NCBI RefSeq assembly: GCF_009914755.1
Contig: NC_060939.1
Reading direction: 5' to 3' (one strand)
DNA: 64,000 bases
Source of the DNA: the human T2T-CHM13v2.0 reference genome, Homo sapiens
Of this stretch, positions 25,801 to 40,350 are shown piece by piece. Positions within the stretch are counted from its first letter, which is position 1. Each line of letters begins with the position of its first letter. The notes under the pieces were generated by a model. It did not search any database. It was given only the letters and a program-made list of their open reading frames with translations, and had not been told where the DNA came from. Made by a program: the position numbers and the translations under genes.

Positions 25801-28800
25801 TCGATTCCATTCCATACTATTGCATTCCATTCGATTACATTATATTCGAATAAGTTCCATTCAAGACCATTTCTTTTGAGTCCATTCTATTTGAGTCCAT
25901 TCCCTTTGATTCCATAACATTTGAGTCCATTCAATTCCATTCCTTTTGTTTCCATTCCATTTGATGCCATTCCATTCAATTCTGTTCTACTCGACTCCAA
26001 TACACTCAATTCCATTCCATCCGATTCCATTACATTCTTTTCATTTCTTATCCATTTCAAGCCATTCCACTCCATTCCATTCCACTCGTTTCCTTTCCAT
26101 TCGAGTCCATTCCTCTCCAGTCCATTCCGTTCAATCCATTCCATTCCAGTCCATTCCATTCGAGTCCGTTCCATTCCAGTCCATTCCATTCGAGTCAATT
26201 CCATTCCATTCGATGTCTTTCCATAACGATCCATTCCATTCTATTCCTTTCGATTCCATTCCATTCTATTTCATTCCATTCGATTCCCTTCCATTGGACT
26301 CCTTTCCATTCGAGTGCATTCCATTCCTTTCCATTTCTTTCCGTTCTGTACGATTCCTACCGTTCGATTTCATTTTCTTCCAGTCCATTCCTTTCGCGTC
26401 CATTCCATTCCATTTCACTCCATTCGATTCCATTCCACTCGATTCCACTTCGTTCCATTTCATTGCATTCCATTCTATTCAACTCTATTGCCTTCCATTC
26501 CATTCCATTCGATTACATTCCATGCGATTCCATTCGAAATCGAATCAATTACATTGCAATCCATTACTATTGAGTCCGTTTTATTCCAGTCGACTGCATT
26601 CTGGTCCATTCCATTTGATTCCATTCCATTCTATTACATTCCATACAGTTGCATTCCATTGGATTCCATGCTATAACTATAAATTCAATTCGAGAACATT
26701 GCTTTTGAATCCATTCTATATGATTCCATTCCATTCAAGTCCATTACATTTGGTTCAATTCCATTCCATTCCATTCACTTCCATTCCATTCCATTTGATA
26801 TCAATCCATTCGATTCCATTCCATTCGAGCACATTCCATTCGAGTCCATTCCATACGATGCCATTCCATTTGATTCTATTCCATTAGTCTCCATTCAATT
26901 CCATTAATCTCCATTCCATTCCATTCTACTCCAACTGATTCCATTCCATTCTATTCCTTTCCATTCCATTTCATTCCATTCCATTCCATTTCATTCCATT
27001 CCATTCCATTCGTGTCCATTCCACTCCAGTCCATTCCATTCGTGTCCATTCCATTCCAGTCCATTCCATTTGTGTCCACTGCATTCCATTCCACTCCATT
27101 CCATATTATTCCATTACACTCCATTCCATTCTATTACTTTCATTTCCATTCAATTCCATTCCATTTGATTCCATTCCACTCGGTTTCATTCCATTTGAGT
27201 CCACTCCATTCCATTCCATTCCATTCCATTCAGTTCCATTCCATTCTGTTCCATTCCATTCCGTTCCATTACATTCCATTCCATTCGGTACCATTCCATA
27301 TTGTTCCATTCGATTCCATTCGAATCCATTCCATTCCAGTCCATTCCATTCGATTCCATTCCATTCATTTCAATTCCATTCCATTCCATTCCATTACATT
27401 CCACTTGATTCCTCTCCATTCCCTTCCACTGCATTCCGTTCGATTCCATTCCATTGCATTGCATTCCATTCCATTCGATTCCATTCCATTCGATTCCATT
27501 CCATTCGAATCAATTACATAGCAATCCATTACATTCGAGTCTATTCTATTCCGTTCCATTCGATTTCGTTCCAATCCATTCGATTCCATTCCATTCGATT
27601 CCATTCCATACTATTGCATTCCATTCGATTACATTATATTCGAATAAGTTCCATTCAAGACCATTTCTTTTGAGTCCATTCTATTTGAGTCCATTCCCTT
27701 TGATTCCATAACATTTGAGTCCATTCAATTCCATTCCTTTCGTTTCCATTCCATTTGATGCCATTCCATTCAATTCTGTTCTACTCGACTCCAATACATT
27801 CAATTCCATTCCATCCGATTCCATTACATTCTTTTCATTTCTTATCCATTTCAAGCCATTCCACTCCATTCCATTCCACTCGTTTCCTTTCCATTCGAGT
27901 CCATTCCTCTCCAGTCCATTCCGTTCAATCCATTCCATTCCAGTCCATTCCATTCGAGTCCGTTCCATTCCAGTCCATTCCATTCGAGTCAATTCCATCC
28001 CATTCGATGTCTTTCCATAACGATCCATTCCATTCTATTCCTTTCGATTCCATTCCATTCTATTTCATTCCATTCGATTCCCTTCCATTGGACTCCTTTC
28101 CATTCGAGTGCATTCCATTCCGTTCCATTTCTTTCCGTTCTGTACGATTCCTACCGTTCGATTTCATTTTGTTCCAGTCCATTCCTTTCGCGTCCATTCC
28201 ATTCCATTTCACTCCATTCGATTCCATTCCACTCGATTCCACTTCGTTCCATTTCATTGCATTCCATTCTATTCAACTCTATTGCCTTCCATTCCATTCC
28301 ATTCGATTACATTCCATGCGATTCCATTCGAAATCGAATCAATTACATTGCAATCCATAACTATTGAGTCCATTTTATTCCAGTCCACTGCATTCTGGTC
28401 CATTCCATTTGATTCCATTCCATTCTATTCCATTCCATACAGTTGCATTCCATTGGATTCCATTCTATATCTATAAATTCAATTCGAGACCATTGCTTTT
28501 GAGTCCATTCTATATGATTCCATTCCATTCAAGTCCATTACATTTGGTTCAATTCCATTCCATTCCATTCCCTTCCATTCCATTCCAGTTGATATCAATC
28601 CATTCGATTCCATTCCATTCGAGCACATTCCATTCGAGTCCATTCCATTCGATGCCATTCCATTTGGTTCTATTCCATTAGTCTCCATTCAATTCCATTA
28701 ATCTCCATTCCATTCCATTCTACTCCAACTGATTCCATTCCATTCTATTCCTTTCCATTCCATTTCATTCCATTCCATTCCATTTCATTCCATTCCATTC

Positions 28801-31800
28801 CATTCCATTCCATTCGCTTCTATTCCATTCGTGTCCATTCCATTCCAGTCCATTCCATTTGTGTCCACTGCATTCCATTCCACTCCATTCCATATTATTC
28901 CATTACACTCCATTCCATTCTATTACTTTCATTTCCATTCAATTCCGTTCCATTTGATTCCATTCCACTCGGTTTCATTCCATTTGAGTCCACTCCATTC
29001 CATTCCATTCCATTCCATTCAGTTCCATTCCATTCTGTTCCATTCCATTCCGTTCCATTGCATTCCATTCCATTCGGTACCATTCCATATTGTTCCATTC
29101 GATTCCATTCGAATCCATTCCATTCCAGTCCATTCCATTCGATTCCATTCCATTCCTTTCAATTCCATTCCATTCCATTCCATTCCACTTGATTCCACTC
29201 CATTCCCTTCCACTGCATTCCATTCGATTCCATTCCATTGCATTGCATTCCATTCCATTGGACTGCATTCCATTCGATTCCATTCCATTCGAATCAATTA
29301 CATAGCAATCCATTACATTCGAGTCTATTCTATTCCGTTCCATTCGATTTCGTTCCAATCCATTCGATTCCATTCCATTCGATTCCATTCCATACTATTG
29401 CATTCCATTCGATTACATTATATTCGAATAAGTTCCATTCAAGACCATTTCTTTTGAGTCCATTCTATTTGAGTCCATTCCCTTTGATTCCATAACATTT
29501 GAGTCCATTCAATTCCATTCCTTTCGTTTCCATTCCATTTGATGCCATTCCATTCAATTCTGTTCTACTCGACTCCAATACATTCAATTCCATTCCATCC
29601 GATTCCATTACATTCTTTTCATTTCTTATCCATTTCAAGCCATTCCACTCCATTCCATTCCACTCGTTTCCTTTCCATTCGAGTCCATTCCTCTCCAGTC
29701 CATTCCGTTCAATCCATTCCATTCCAGTCCATTCCATTCGAGTCCGTTCCATTCCAGTCCATTCCATTCGAGTCAATTCCATTCCATTCGATGTCTTTCC
29801 ATAACGATCCATTCCATTCTATTCCTTTCGATTCCATTCCATTCTATTTCATTCCATTCGATTCCCTTCCATTGGACTCCTTTCCATTCGAGTGCATTCC
29901 ATTCCGTTCCATTTCTTTCCGTTCTGTACGATTCCTACCGTTCGATTTCATTTTGTTCCAGTCCATTCCTTTCGCGTCCATTCCATTCCATTTCACTCCA
30001 TTCGATTCCATTCCACTCGATTCCACTTCGTTCCATTTCATTGCATTCCATTCTATTCAACTCTATTGCCTTCCATTCCATTCCATTCGATTATATTCCA
30101 TGCGATTCCATTCGAAATCGAATCAATTACATTGCAATCCATTACTATTGAGTCCGTTTTATTCCAGTCCACTGCATTCTGGTCCATTCCATTTGATTCC
30201 ATTCCATTCTATTCCATTCCATACAGTTGCATTCCATTGGATTCCATGCTATATCTATAAATTCAATTCGAGACCATTGCTTTTGAGTCCATTCTATATG
30301 ATTCCATTCCATTCAAGTCCATTACATTTGGTTCAATTCCATTCCATTCCATTCCCTTCCATTCCATTCCATTTGATATCAATCCATTCGATTCCATTCC
30401 ATTCGAGCACATTCCATTCGAGTCCATTCCATTCGATGCCATTCCATTTGATTCTATTCCATTAGTCTCCATTCAATTCCATTAATCTCCATTCCATTCC
30501 ATTCTACTCCAACTGATTCCATTCCATTCTATTCCTGTCCATTCCATTTCATTCCATTCCATTCCATTCCATTCCATTCGTGTCCATTCCACTCCAGTCC
30601 ATTCCATTCGTGTGCATTCCATTCCAGTCCATTCCATTTGTGTCCACTGCATTCCATTCCACTCCATTCCATATTATTCCATTACACTCCATTCCATTCT
30701 ATTACTTTCATTTCCATTCAATTCCATTCCATTTGATTCCATTCCACTCGGTTTCATTCCATTTGAGTCCACTCCATTCCATTCCATTCCATTCCATTCA
30801 GTTCCATTCCATTCTGTTCCATTCCATTCCGTTCCATTACATTCCATTCCATTCGGTACCATTCCATATTGTTCCATTCGATTCCATTCGAATCCATTCC
30901 ATTCCAGTCCATTCCATTCGATTCCATTCCATTCATTTCAATTCCATTCCATTCCATTCCATTCCATTCCACTTGATTCCTCTCCATTCCCTTCCACTGC
31001 CTTCCGTTCGATTCCATTCCATTGCATTGCATTCCATTCCATTGGATTGCATTCCATTCGATTCCATTCCATTCGAATCAATTACATAGCAATCCATTAC
31101 ATTCGAGTCTATTCTCTTCCGTTCCATTCGATTTCGTTCCAATCCATTCGATTCCATTCCATTCGATTCCATTCCATACTATTGCATTCCATTCGATTAC
31201 ATTATATTCGAATAAGTTCCATTCAAGACCATTTCTTTTGAGTCCATTCTATTTGAGTCCATTCCCTTTGATTCCATAACATTTGAGTCCATTCAATTCC
31301 ATTCCTTTCGTTTCCATTCCATTTGATGCCATTCCATTCAATTCTGTTCTACTCGACTCCAATACATTCAATTCCATTCCATCCGATTCCATTACATTCT
31401 TTTCATTTCTTATCCATTTCAAGCCATTCCACTCCATTCCATTCCACTCGTTTCCTTTCCATTCGAGTCCATTCCTCTCCAGTCCATTCCGTTCAATCCA
31501 TTCCATTCCAGTCCATTCCATTCGAGTCCGTTCCATTCCAGTCCATTCCATTCGAGTCAATTCCATTCCATTCGATGTCTTTCCATAACGATCCATTCCA
31601 TTCTATTCCTTTCGATTCCATTCCATTCTATTTCATTCCATTCGATTCCCTTCCATTGGACTCCTTTCCATTCGAGTGCATTCCATTCCATTCCATTTCT
31701 TTCCGTTCTGTACGATTCCTACCGTTCGATTTCATTTTGTTCCAGTCCATTCTTTCGCGTCCATTCCATTCCATTTCACTCCATTCGATTCCATTCCACT

Positions 31801-34800
31801 CGATTCCACTTCGTTCCATTTCATTGCATTCCATTCTATTCAACTCTATTGCCTTCCATTCCATTCCATTCGATTACATTCCATGCGATTCCATTCGAAA
31901 TCGAATCAATTACATTGCAATCCATTACTATTGAGTCCGTTTTATTCCAGTCCACTGCATTCTGGTCCATTCCATTTGATTCCATTCCATTCTATTCCAT
32001 TCCATACAGTTGCATTCCATTGGATTCCATGCTATATCTATAAATTCAATTCGAGACCATTGCTTTTGAGTCCATTCTATATGATTCCATTCCATTCAAG
32101 TCCATTACATTTGGTTCAATTCCATTCCATTCCATTCCCTTCCATTCCATTCCAGTTGATATCAATCCATTCGATTCCATTCCATTCGAGCACATTCCAT
32201 TCGAGTCCATTCCATTCGATGCCATTCCATTTGATTCTATTCCATTAGTCTCCATTCAATTCCATTAATCTCCATTCCATTCCATTCTACTCCAACTGAT
32301 TCCATTCCATTCTATTCCTTTCCATTCCATTTCATTCCATTCCATTCCATTCCATTCCATTCCATTCGTGTCCATTCCACTCCAGTCCATTCCATTCGTA
32401 TCCATTCCATTCCAGTCCATTCCATTTGTGTCCACTGCATTCCATTCCACTCCATTCCATATTATTCCATTACACTCCATTCCATTCTATTACTTTCATT
32501 TCCATTCAATTCCATTCCATTTGATTCCATTCCACTCGGTTTCATTCCATTTGAGTCCACTCCATTCCATTCCATTCCATTCAGTTCCATTCCATTCTGT
32601 TCCATTCCATTCCGTTCCATTACATTCCATTCCATTCGGTACCATTCCATATTGTTCCATTCGATTCCATTCGAATCCATTCCATTCCAGTCCATTCCAT
32701 TCGATTCCATTCCATTCATTTCAATTCCATTCCATTCCATTCCATTACATTCCACTTGATTCCTCTCCATTCCCTTCCACTGCATTCCGTTCGATTCCAT
32801 TCCATTGCATTGCATTCCATTCCATTGGATTGCATTCCATTCGATTCCATTCCATTCGAATCAATTACATAGCAATCCATTACATTCGAGTCTATTCTAT
32901 TCCGTTCCATTCGATTTCGTTCCAATCCATTCGATTCCATTCCATTCGATTCCATTCCATACTATTGCATTCCATTCGATTACATTATATTCGAATAAGT
33001 TCCATTCAAGACCATTTCTTTTGAGTCCATTCTATTTGAGTCCATTCCCTTTGATTCCATAACATTTGAGTCCATTCAATTCCATTCCTTTCGTTTCCAT
33101 TCCATTTGATGCCATTCCATTCAATTCTGTTCTACTCGACTCCAATACATTCAATTCCATTCCATCCGATTCCATTACATTCTTTTCATTTCTTATCCAT
33201 TTCAAGCCATTCCACTCCATTCCATTCCACTCGTTTCCTTTCCATTCGAGTCCATTACTCTCCAGTCCATTCCGTTCAATCCATTGCATTCCAGTCCATT
33301 CCATTCGAGTCCGTTCCATTCCAGTCCATTCCATTCGAGTCAATTCCATCCCATTCGATGTCTTTCCATAACGATCCATTCCATTCTATTCCTTTCGATT
33401 CCATTCCATTCTATTTCATTCCATTCGATTCCCTTCCATTGGACTCCTTTCCATTCGAGTGCATTCCATTCCGTTCCATTTCTTTCCGTTCTGTACGATT
33501 CCTACCGTTCGATTTCATTTTGTTCCAGTCCATTCCTTTCGCGTCCATTCCATTCCATTTCACTCCATTCGATTCCATTCCACTCGATTCCACTTCGTTC
33601 CATTTCATTGCATTCCATTCTATTCAACTCTATTGCCTTCCATTCCATTCCATTCGATTACATTCCATGCGATTCCATTCGAAATCGAATCAATTACATT
33701 GCAATCCATTACTATTGAGTCCATTTTATTCCAGTCCACTGCATTCTGGTCCATTCCATTTGATTCCATTCCATTCTATTCCATTCCATACAGTTGCATT
33801 CCATTGGATTCCATTCTATATCTATAAATTCAATTCGAGACCATTGCTTTTGAGTCCATTCTATATGATTCCATTCCATTCAAGTCCATTACATTTGGTT
33901 CAATTCCATTCCATTCCATTCCTTTCCATTCCATTCCATTTGATATCAATCCATTCGATTCCATTCCATTCGAGCACATTCCATTCGAGTCCATTCCATT
34001 CGATGCCATTCCATTTGATTCTATTCCATTAGTCTCCATTCAATTCCATTAATCTCCATTCCATTCCATTCTACACCAACTGATTCCATTCCATTCTATT
34101 CCTTTCCATTCCATTTCATTCCATTCCATTCCATTCCATTCCATTCCATTCGTGTCCATTCCACTCCAGTCCATTCCATTCGTGTCCATTCCGTTCCAGT
34201 CCATTCCATTTGTGTCCACTGCATTCCATTCCACTCCATTCCATATTATTCCATTACACTGCATTCCATTCTATTACTTTCATTTCCATTCAATTCCATT
34301 CCATTTGATTCCATTCCACTCGGTTTCATTCCATTTGAGTCCACTCCATTCCATTCCATTCCATTCCATTCAGTTCCATTCCATTCTGTTCCATTCCATT
34401 CCGTTCCATTACATTCCATTCCATTCGGTACCATTCCATATTGTTCCATTCGATTCCATTCGAATCCATTCCATTCCAGTCCATTCCATTCGATTCCATT
34501 CCATTCATTTCAATTCCATTCCATTCCATTCCATTACATTCCACTTGATTCCCCTCCATTCCCTTCCACTGCATTCCGTTCGATTCCATTCCATTGCATT
34601 GCATTCCATTCCATTGTATTGCATTCCATTCGATTCCATTCCATTCGAATCAATTACATAGCAATCCATTACATTCGAGTCTATTCTATTCCGTTCCATT
34701 CGATTTCGTTCCAATCCATTCGATTCCATTCCATTCGATTCCATTCCATACTATTGCATTCCATTCTATTACATTATATTCGAATAAGTTCCATTCAAGA

Positions 34801-35688
34801 CCATTTCTTTTGAGTCCATTCTATTTGAGTCCATTCCCTTTGATTCCATAACATTTGAGTCCATTCAATTCCATTCCTTTCGTTTCCATTCCATTTGATG
34901 CCATTCCATTCAATTCTGTTCTACTCGACTCCAATACATTCAATTCCATTCCATCCGATTCCATTACATTCTTTTCATTTCTTATCCATTTCAAGCCATT
35001 CCACTCCATTCCACTCCACTCGTTTCCTTTCCATTCGAGTCCATTCCTCTCCAGTCCATTCCGTTCAATCCATTCCATTCCAGTCCATTCCATTCGAGTC
35101 CGTTCCATTCCAGTCCATTCCATTCGAGTCAATTCCATTCCATTCGATGTCTTTCCATAACGATCCATTCCATTCTATTCCTTTCGATTCCATTCCATTC
35201 TATTTCATTCCATTCGATTCCCTTCCATTGGACTCCTTTCCATTCGAGTGCATTCCATTCCGTTCCATTTCTTCCCGTTCTGTACGATTCCTACCGTTCG
35301 ATTTCATTTTGTTCCAGTCCATTCTTTCGCGTCCATTCCATTCCATTTCACTCCATTCGATTCCATTCCACTCGATTCCACTTCGTTCCATTTCATTGCA
35401 TTCCATTCTATTCAACTCTATTGCCTTCCATTCCATTCCATTCGATTACATTCCATGCGATTCCATTCGAAATCGAATCAATTACATTGCAATCCATTAC
35501 TATTGAGTCCGTTTTATTCCAGTCCACTGCATTCTGGTCCATTCCATTTGATTCCATTCCATTCTATTCCATTCCATACAGTTGCATTCCATTGGATTCC
35601 ATTCTATATCTATAAATTCAATTCGAGACCATTGCTTTTGAGTCCATTCTATATGATTCCATTCCATTCAAGTCCATTACATTTGGTT

Positions 35689-35708
35689 AAATTCCATTCC
35701 AATAGGGT
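35689..35708 (+). other. 20-bp insertion AAATTCCATTCCAATAGGGT, copy 1
   Basis: Consensus ATTTGGTT|CAATTCC is interrupted; this unit is 1803 bp versus 1783 bp for its sister unit at 31283-33066. Confidence 0.92.
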
Positions 35709-38620
35709 CAATTCCATTCCATTCCATTCCCTTCCATTCCATTCCAGTTCATATCAATCCATTCGATTCCATTCCATTCGAGCACATTCCATTCGAGTCC
35801 ATTCCATTCGATGCCATTCCATTTGATTCTATTCCATTAGTCTCCATTCAATTCCATTAATCTCCATTCCATTCCATTCTACTCCAACTGATTCCATTCC
35901 ATTCTATTCCTTTCCATTCCATTTCATTCCATTCCATTCCATTCCATTCCATTCCATTCGTGTCCATTCCACTCCAGTCCATTCCATTCGTATCCATTCC
36001 ATTCCAGTCCATTCCATTTGTGTCCACTGCATTCCATTCCACTCCATTCCATATTATTCCATTACACTCCATTCCATTCTATTACTTTCATTTCCATTCA
36101 ATTCCATTCCATTTGATTCCATTCCACTCGGTTTCATTCCATTTGAGTCCACTCCATTCCATTCCATTCCATTCAGTTCCATTCCATTCTGTTCCATTCC
36201 ATTCCGTTCCATTACATTCCATTCCATTCGGTACCATTCCATATTGTTCCATTCGATTCCATTCGAATCCATTCCATTCCAGTCCATTCCATTCGATTCC
36301 ATTCCATTCATTTCAATTCCATTCCATTCCATTCCATTACATTCCACTTGATTCCTCTCCATTCCCTTCCACTGCATTCCGTTCGATTCCATTCCATTGC
36401 ATTGCATTCCATTCCATTGGATTGCATTCCATTCGATTCCATTCCATTCGAATCAATTACATAGCAATCCATTACATTCGAGTCTATTCTATTCCGTTCC
36501 ATTCGATTTCGTTCCAATCCATTCGATTCCATTCCATTCGATTCCATTCCATACTATTGCATTCCATTCGATTACATTATATTCGAATAAGTTCCATTCA
36601 AGACCATTTCTTTTGAGTCCATTCTATTTGAGTCCATTCCCTTTGATTCCATAACATTTGAGTCCATTCAATTCCATTCCTTTCGTTTCCATTCCATTTG
36701 ATGCCATTCCATTCAATTCTGTTCTACTCGACTCCAATACATTCAATTCCATTCCATCCGATTCCATTACATTCTTTTCATTTCTTATCCATTTCAAGCC
36801 ATTCCACTCCATTCCATTCCACTCGTTTCCTTTCCATTCGAGTCCATTACTCTCCAGTCCATTCCGTTCAATCCATTGCATTCCAGTCCATTCCATTCGA
36901 GTCCGTTCCATTCCAGTCCATTCCATTCGAGTCAATTCCATCCCATTCGATGTCTTTCCATAACGATCCATTCCATTCTATTCCTTTCGATTCCATTCCA
37001 TTCTATTTCATTCCATTCGATTCCCTTCCATTGGACTCCTTTCCATTCGAGTGCATTCCATTCCGTTCCATTTCTTTCCGTTCTGTACGATTCCTACCGT
37101 TCGATTTCATTTTGTTCCAGTCCATTCCTTTCGCGTCCATTCCATTCCATTTCACTCCATTCGATTCCATTCCACTCGATTCCACTTCGTTCCATTTCAT
37201 TGCATTCCATTCTATTCAACTCTATTGCCTTCCATTCCATTCCATTCGATTACATTCCATGCGATTCCATTCGAAATCGAATCAATTACATTGCAATCCA
37301 TTACTATTGAGTCCGTTTTATTCCAGTCCACTGCATTCTGGTCCATTCCATTTGATTCCATTCCATTCTATTCCATTCCATACAGTTGCATTCCATTGGA
37401 TTCCATTCTATATCTATAAATTCAATTCGAGACCATTGCTTTTGAGTCCATTCTATATGATTCCATTCCATTCAAGTCCATTACATTTGGTTCAATTCCA
37501 TTCCATTCCATTCCTTTCCATTCCATTCCATTTGATATCAATCCATTCGATTCCATTCCATTCGAGCACATTCCATTCGAGTCCATTCCATTCGATGCCA
37601 TTCCATTTGATTCTATTCCATTAGTCTCCATTCAATTCCATTAATCTCCATTCCATTCCATTCTACTCCAACTGATTCCATTCCATTCTATTCCTTTCCA
37701 TTCCATTTCATTCCATTCCATTCCATTCCATTCCATTCCATTCGTGTCCATTCCACTCCAGTCCATTCCATTCGTGTCCATTCCGTTCCAGTCCATTCCA
37801 TTTGTGTCCACTGCATTCCATTCCACTCCATTCCATATTATTCCATTACACTCCATTCCATTCTATTACTTTCATTTCCATTCAATTCCATTCCATTTGA
37901 TTCCATTCCACTCGGTTTCATTCCATTTGAGTCCACTCCATTCCATTCCATTCCATTCCATTCAGTTCCATTCCATTCTGTTCCATTCCATTCCGTTCCA
38001 TTACATTCCATTCCATTCGGTACCATTCCATATTGTTCCATTCGATTCCATTCGAATCCATTCCATTCCAGTCCATTCCATTCGATTCCATTCCATTCAT
38101 TTCAATTCCATTCCATTCCATTCCATTACATTCCACTTGATTCCTCTCCATTCCCTTCCACTGCATTCCGTTCGATTCCATTCCATTGCATTGCATTCCA
38201 TTCCATTGGATTGCATTCCATTCGATTCCATTCCATTCGAATCAATTACATAGCAATCCATTACATTCGAGTCTATTCTATTCCGTTCCATTCGATTTCG
38301 TTCCAATCCATTCGATTCCATTCCATTCGGTTCCATTCCATACTATTGCATTCCATTCGATTACATTATATTCGAATAAGTTCCATTCAAGACCATTTCT
38401 TTTGAGTCCATTCTATTTGAGTCCATTCCCTTTGATTCCATAACATTTGAGTCCATTCAATTCCATTCCTTTCGTTTCCATTCCATTTGATGCCATTCCA
38501 TTCAATTCTGTTCTACTCGACTCCAATACATTCAATTCCATTCCATCCGATTCCATTACATTCTTTTCATTTCTTATCCATTTCAAGCCATTCCACTCCA
38601 TTCCATTCCACTCGTTTCCT

Positions 38621-38639
38621 TTCCATTCGAGTCCATTCC
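38621..38639 (+). other. 739-bp deletion junction (truncated ~1.05-kb unit), copy 1
   Basis: ...CTCGTTTCCT[TTCCATTCGAGTCCATTCC]ATTCGATGCC... joins positions that are 739 bp apart in intact units (e.g. 1002 and 1741). Confidence 0.95.
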
Positions 38640-40330
38640 ATTCGATGCCATTCCATTTGGTTCTATTCCATTAGTCTCCATTCAATTCCATTAATCTCCA
38701 TTCCATTCCATTCTACTCCAACTGATTCCATTCCATTCTATTCCTTTCCATTCCATTTCATTCCATTCCATTCCATTCCATTCCATTCCATTCGTGTCCA
38801 TTCCACTCCAGTCCATTCCATTCGTGTCCATTCCGTTCCAGTCCATTCCATTTGTGTCCACTGCATTCCATTCCACTCCATTCCATATTATTCCATTACA
38901 CTCCATTCCATTCTATTACTTTCATTTCCATTCAATTCCATTCCATTTGATTCCATTCCACTCGGTTTCATTCCATTTGAGTCCACTCCATTCCATTCCA
39001 TTCCATTCCATTCAGTTCCATTCCATTCTGTTCCATTCCATTCCGTTCCATTACATTCCATTCCATTCGGTACCATTCCATATTGTTCCATTCGATTCCA
39101 TTCGAATCCATTCCATTCCAGTCCATTCCATTCGATTCCATTCCATTCATTTCAATTCCATTCCATTCCATTCCATTACATTCCACTTGATTCCTCTCCA
39201 TTCCCTTCCACTGCATTCCGTTCGATTCCATTCCATTGCATTGCATTCCATTCCATTGGATTGCATTCCATTCGATTCCATTCCATTCGAATCAATTACA
39301 TAGCAATCCATTACATTCGAGTCTATTCTATTCCGTTCCATTCGATTTCGTTCCAATCCATTCGATTCCATTCCATTCGATTCCATTCCATACTATTGCA
39401 TTCCATTCTATTACATTATATTCGAATAAGTTCCATTCAAGACCATTTCTTTTGAGTCCATTCTATTTGAGTCCATTCCCTTTGATTCCATAACATTTGA
39501 GTCCATTCAATTCCATTCCTTTCGTTTCCATTCCATTTGATGCCATTCCATTCAATTCTGTTCTACTCGACTCCAATACATTCAATTCCATTCCATCCGA
39601 TTCCATTACATTCTTTTCATTTCTTATCCATTTCAAGCCATTCCACTCCATTCCACTCCACTCGTTTCCTTTCCATTCGAGTCCATTCCTCTCCAGTCCA
39701 TTCCGTTCAATCCATTCCATTCCAGTCCATTCCATTCGAGTCCGTTCCATTCCAGTCCATTCCATTCGAGTCAATTCCATTCCATTCGATGTCTTTCCAT
39801 AACGATCCATTCCATTCTATTCCTTTCGATTCCATTCCATTCTATTTCATTCCATTCGATTCCCTTCCATTGGACTCCTTTCCATTCGAGTGCATTCCAT
39901 TCCGTTCCATTTCTTCCCGTTCTGTACGATTCCTACCGTTCGATTTCATTTTGTTCCAGTCCATTCTTTCGCGTCCATTCCATTCCATTTCACTCCATTC
40001 GATTCCATTCCACTCGATTCCACTTCGTTCCATTTCATTGCATTCCATTCTATTCAACTCTATTGCCTTCCATTCCATTCCATTCGATTACATTCCATGC
40101 GATTCCATTCGAAATCGAATCAATTACATTGCAATCCATTACTATTGAGTCCGTTTTATTCCAGTCCACTGCATTCTGGTCCATTCCATTTGATTCCATT
40201 CCATTCTATTCCATTCCATACAGTTGCATTCCATTGGATTCCATTCTATATCTATAAATTCAATTCGAGACCATTGCTTTTGAGTCCATTCTATATGATT
40301 CCATTCCATTCAAGTCCATTACATTTGGTT

Positions 40331-40350
40331 AAATTCCATTCCAATAGGGT
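40331..40350 (+). other. 20-bp insertion AAATTCCATTCCAATAGGGT, copy 2
   Basis: Identical insert 4,642 bp downstream of copy 1. Confidence 0.92.

Noticed and set aside
35701-35708. AATAGGGT as a telomeric (TTAGGG) seed or transposon remnant
   Set aside because: Only a single 5-bp TAGGG match, with no tandem hexamers, poly(A) or clean target-site duplication.
38487-39455. 322-aa 'fusion' ORF (also at 43129 and, shorter, 44179)
   Set aside because: By-product of the 739-bp deletion junction, with no evidence of coding function.
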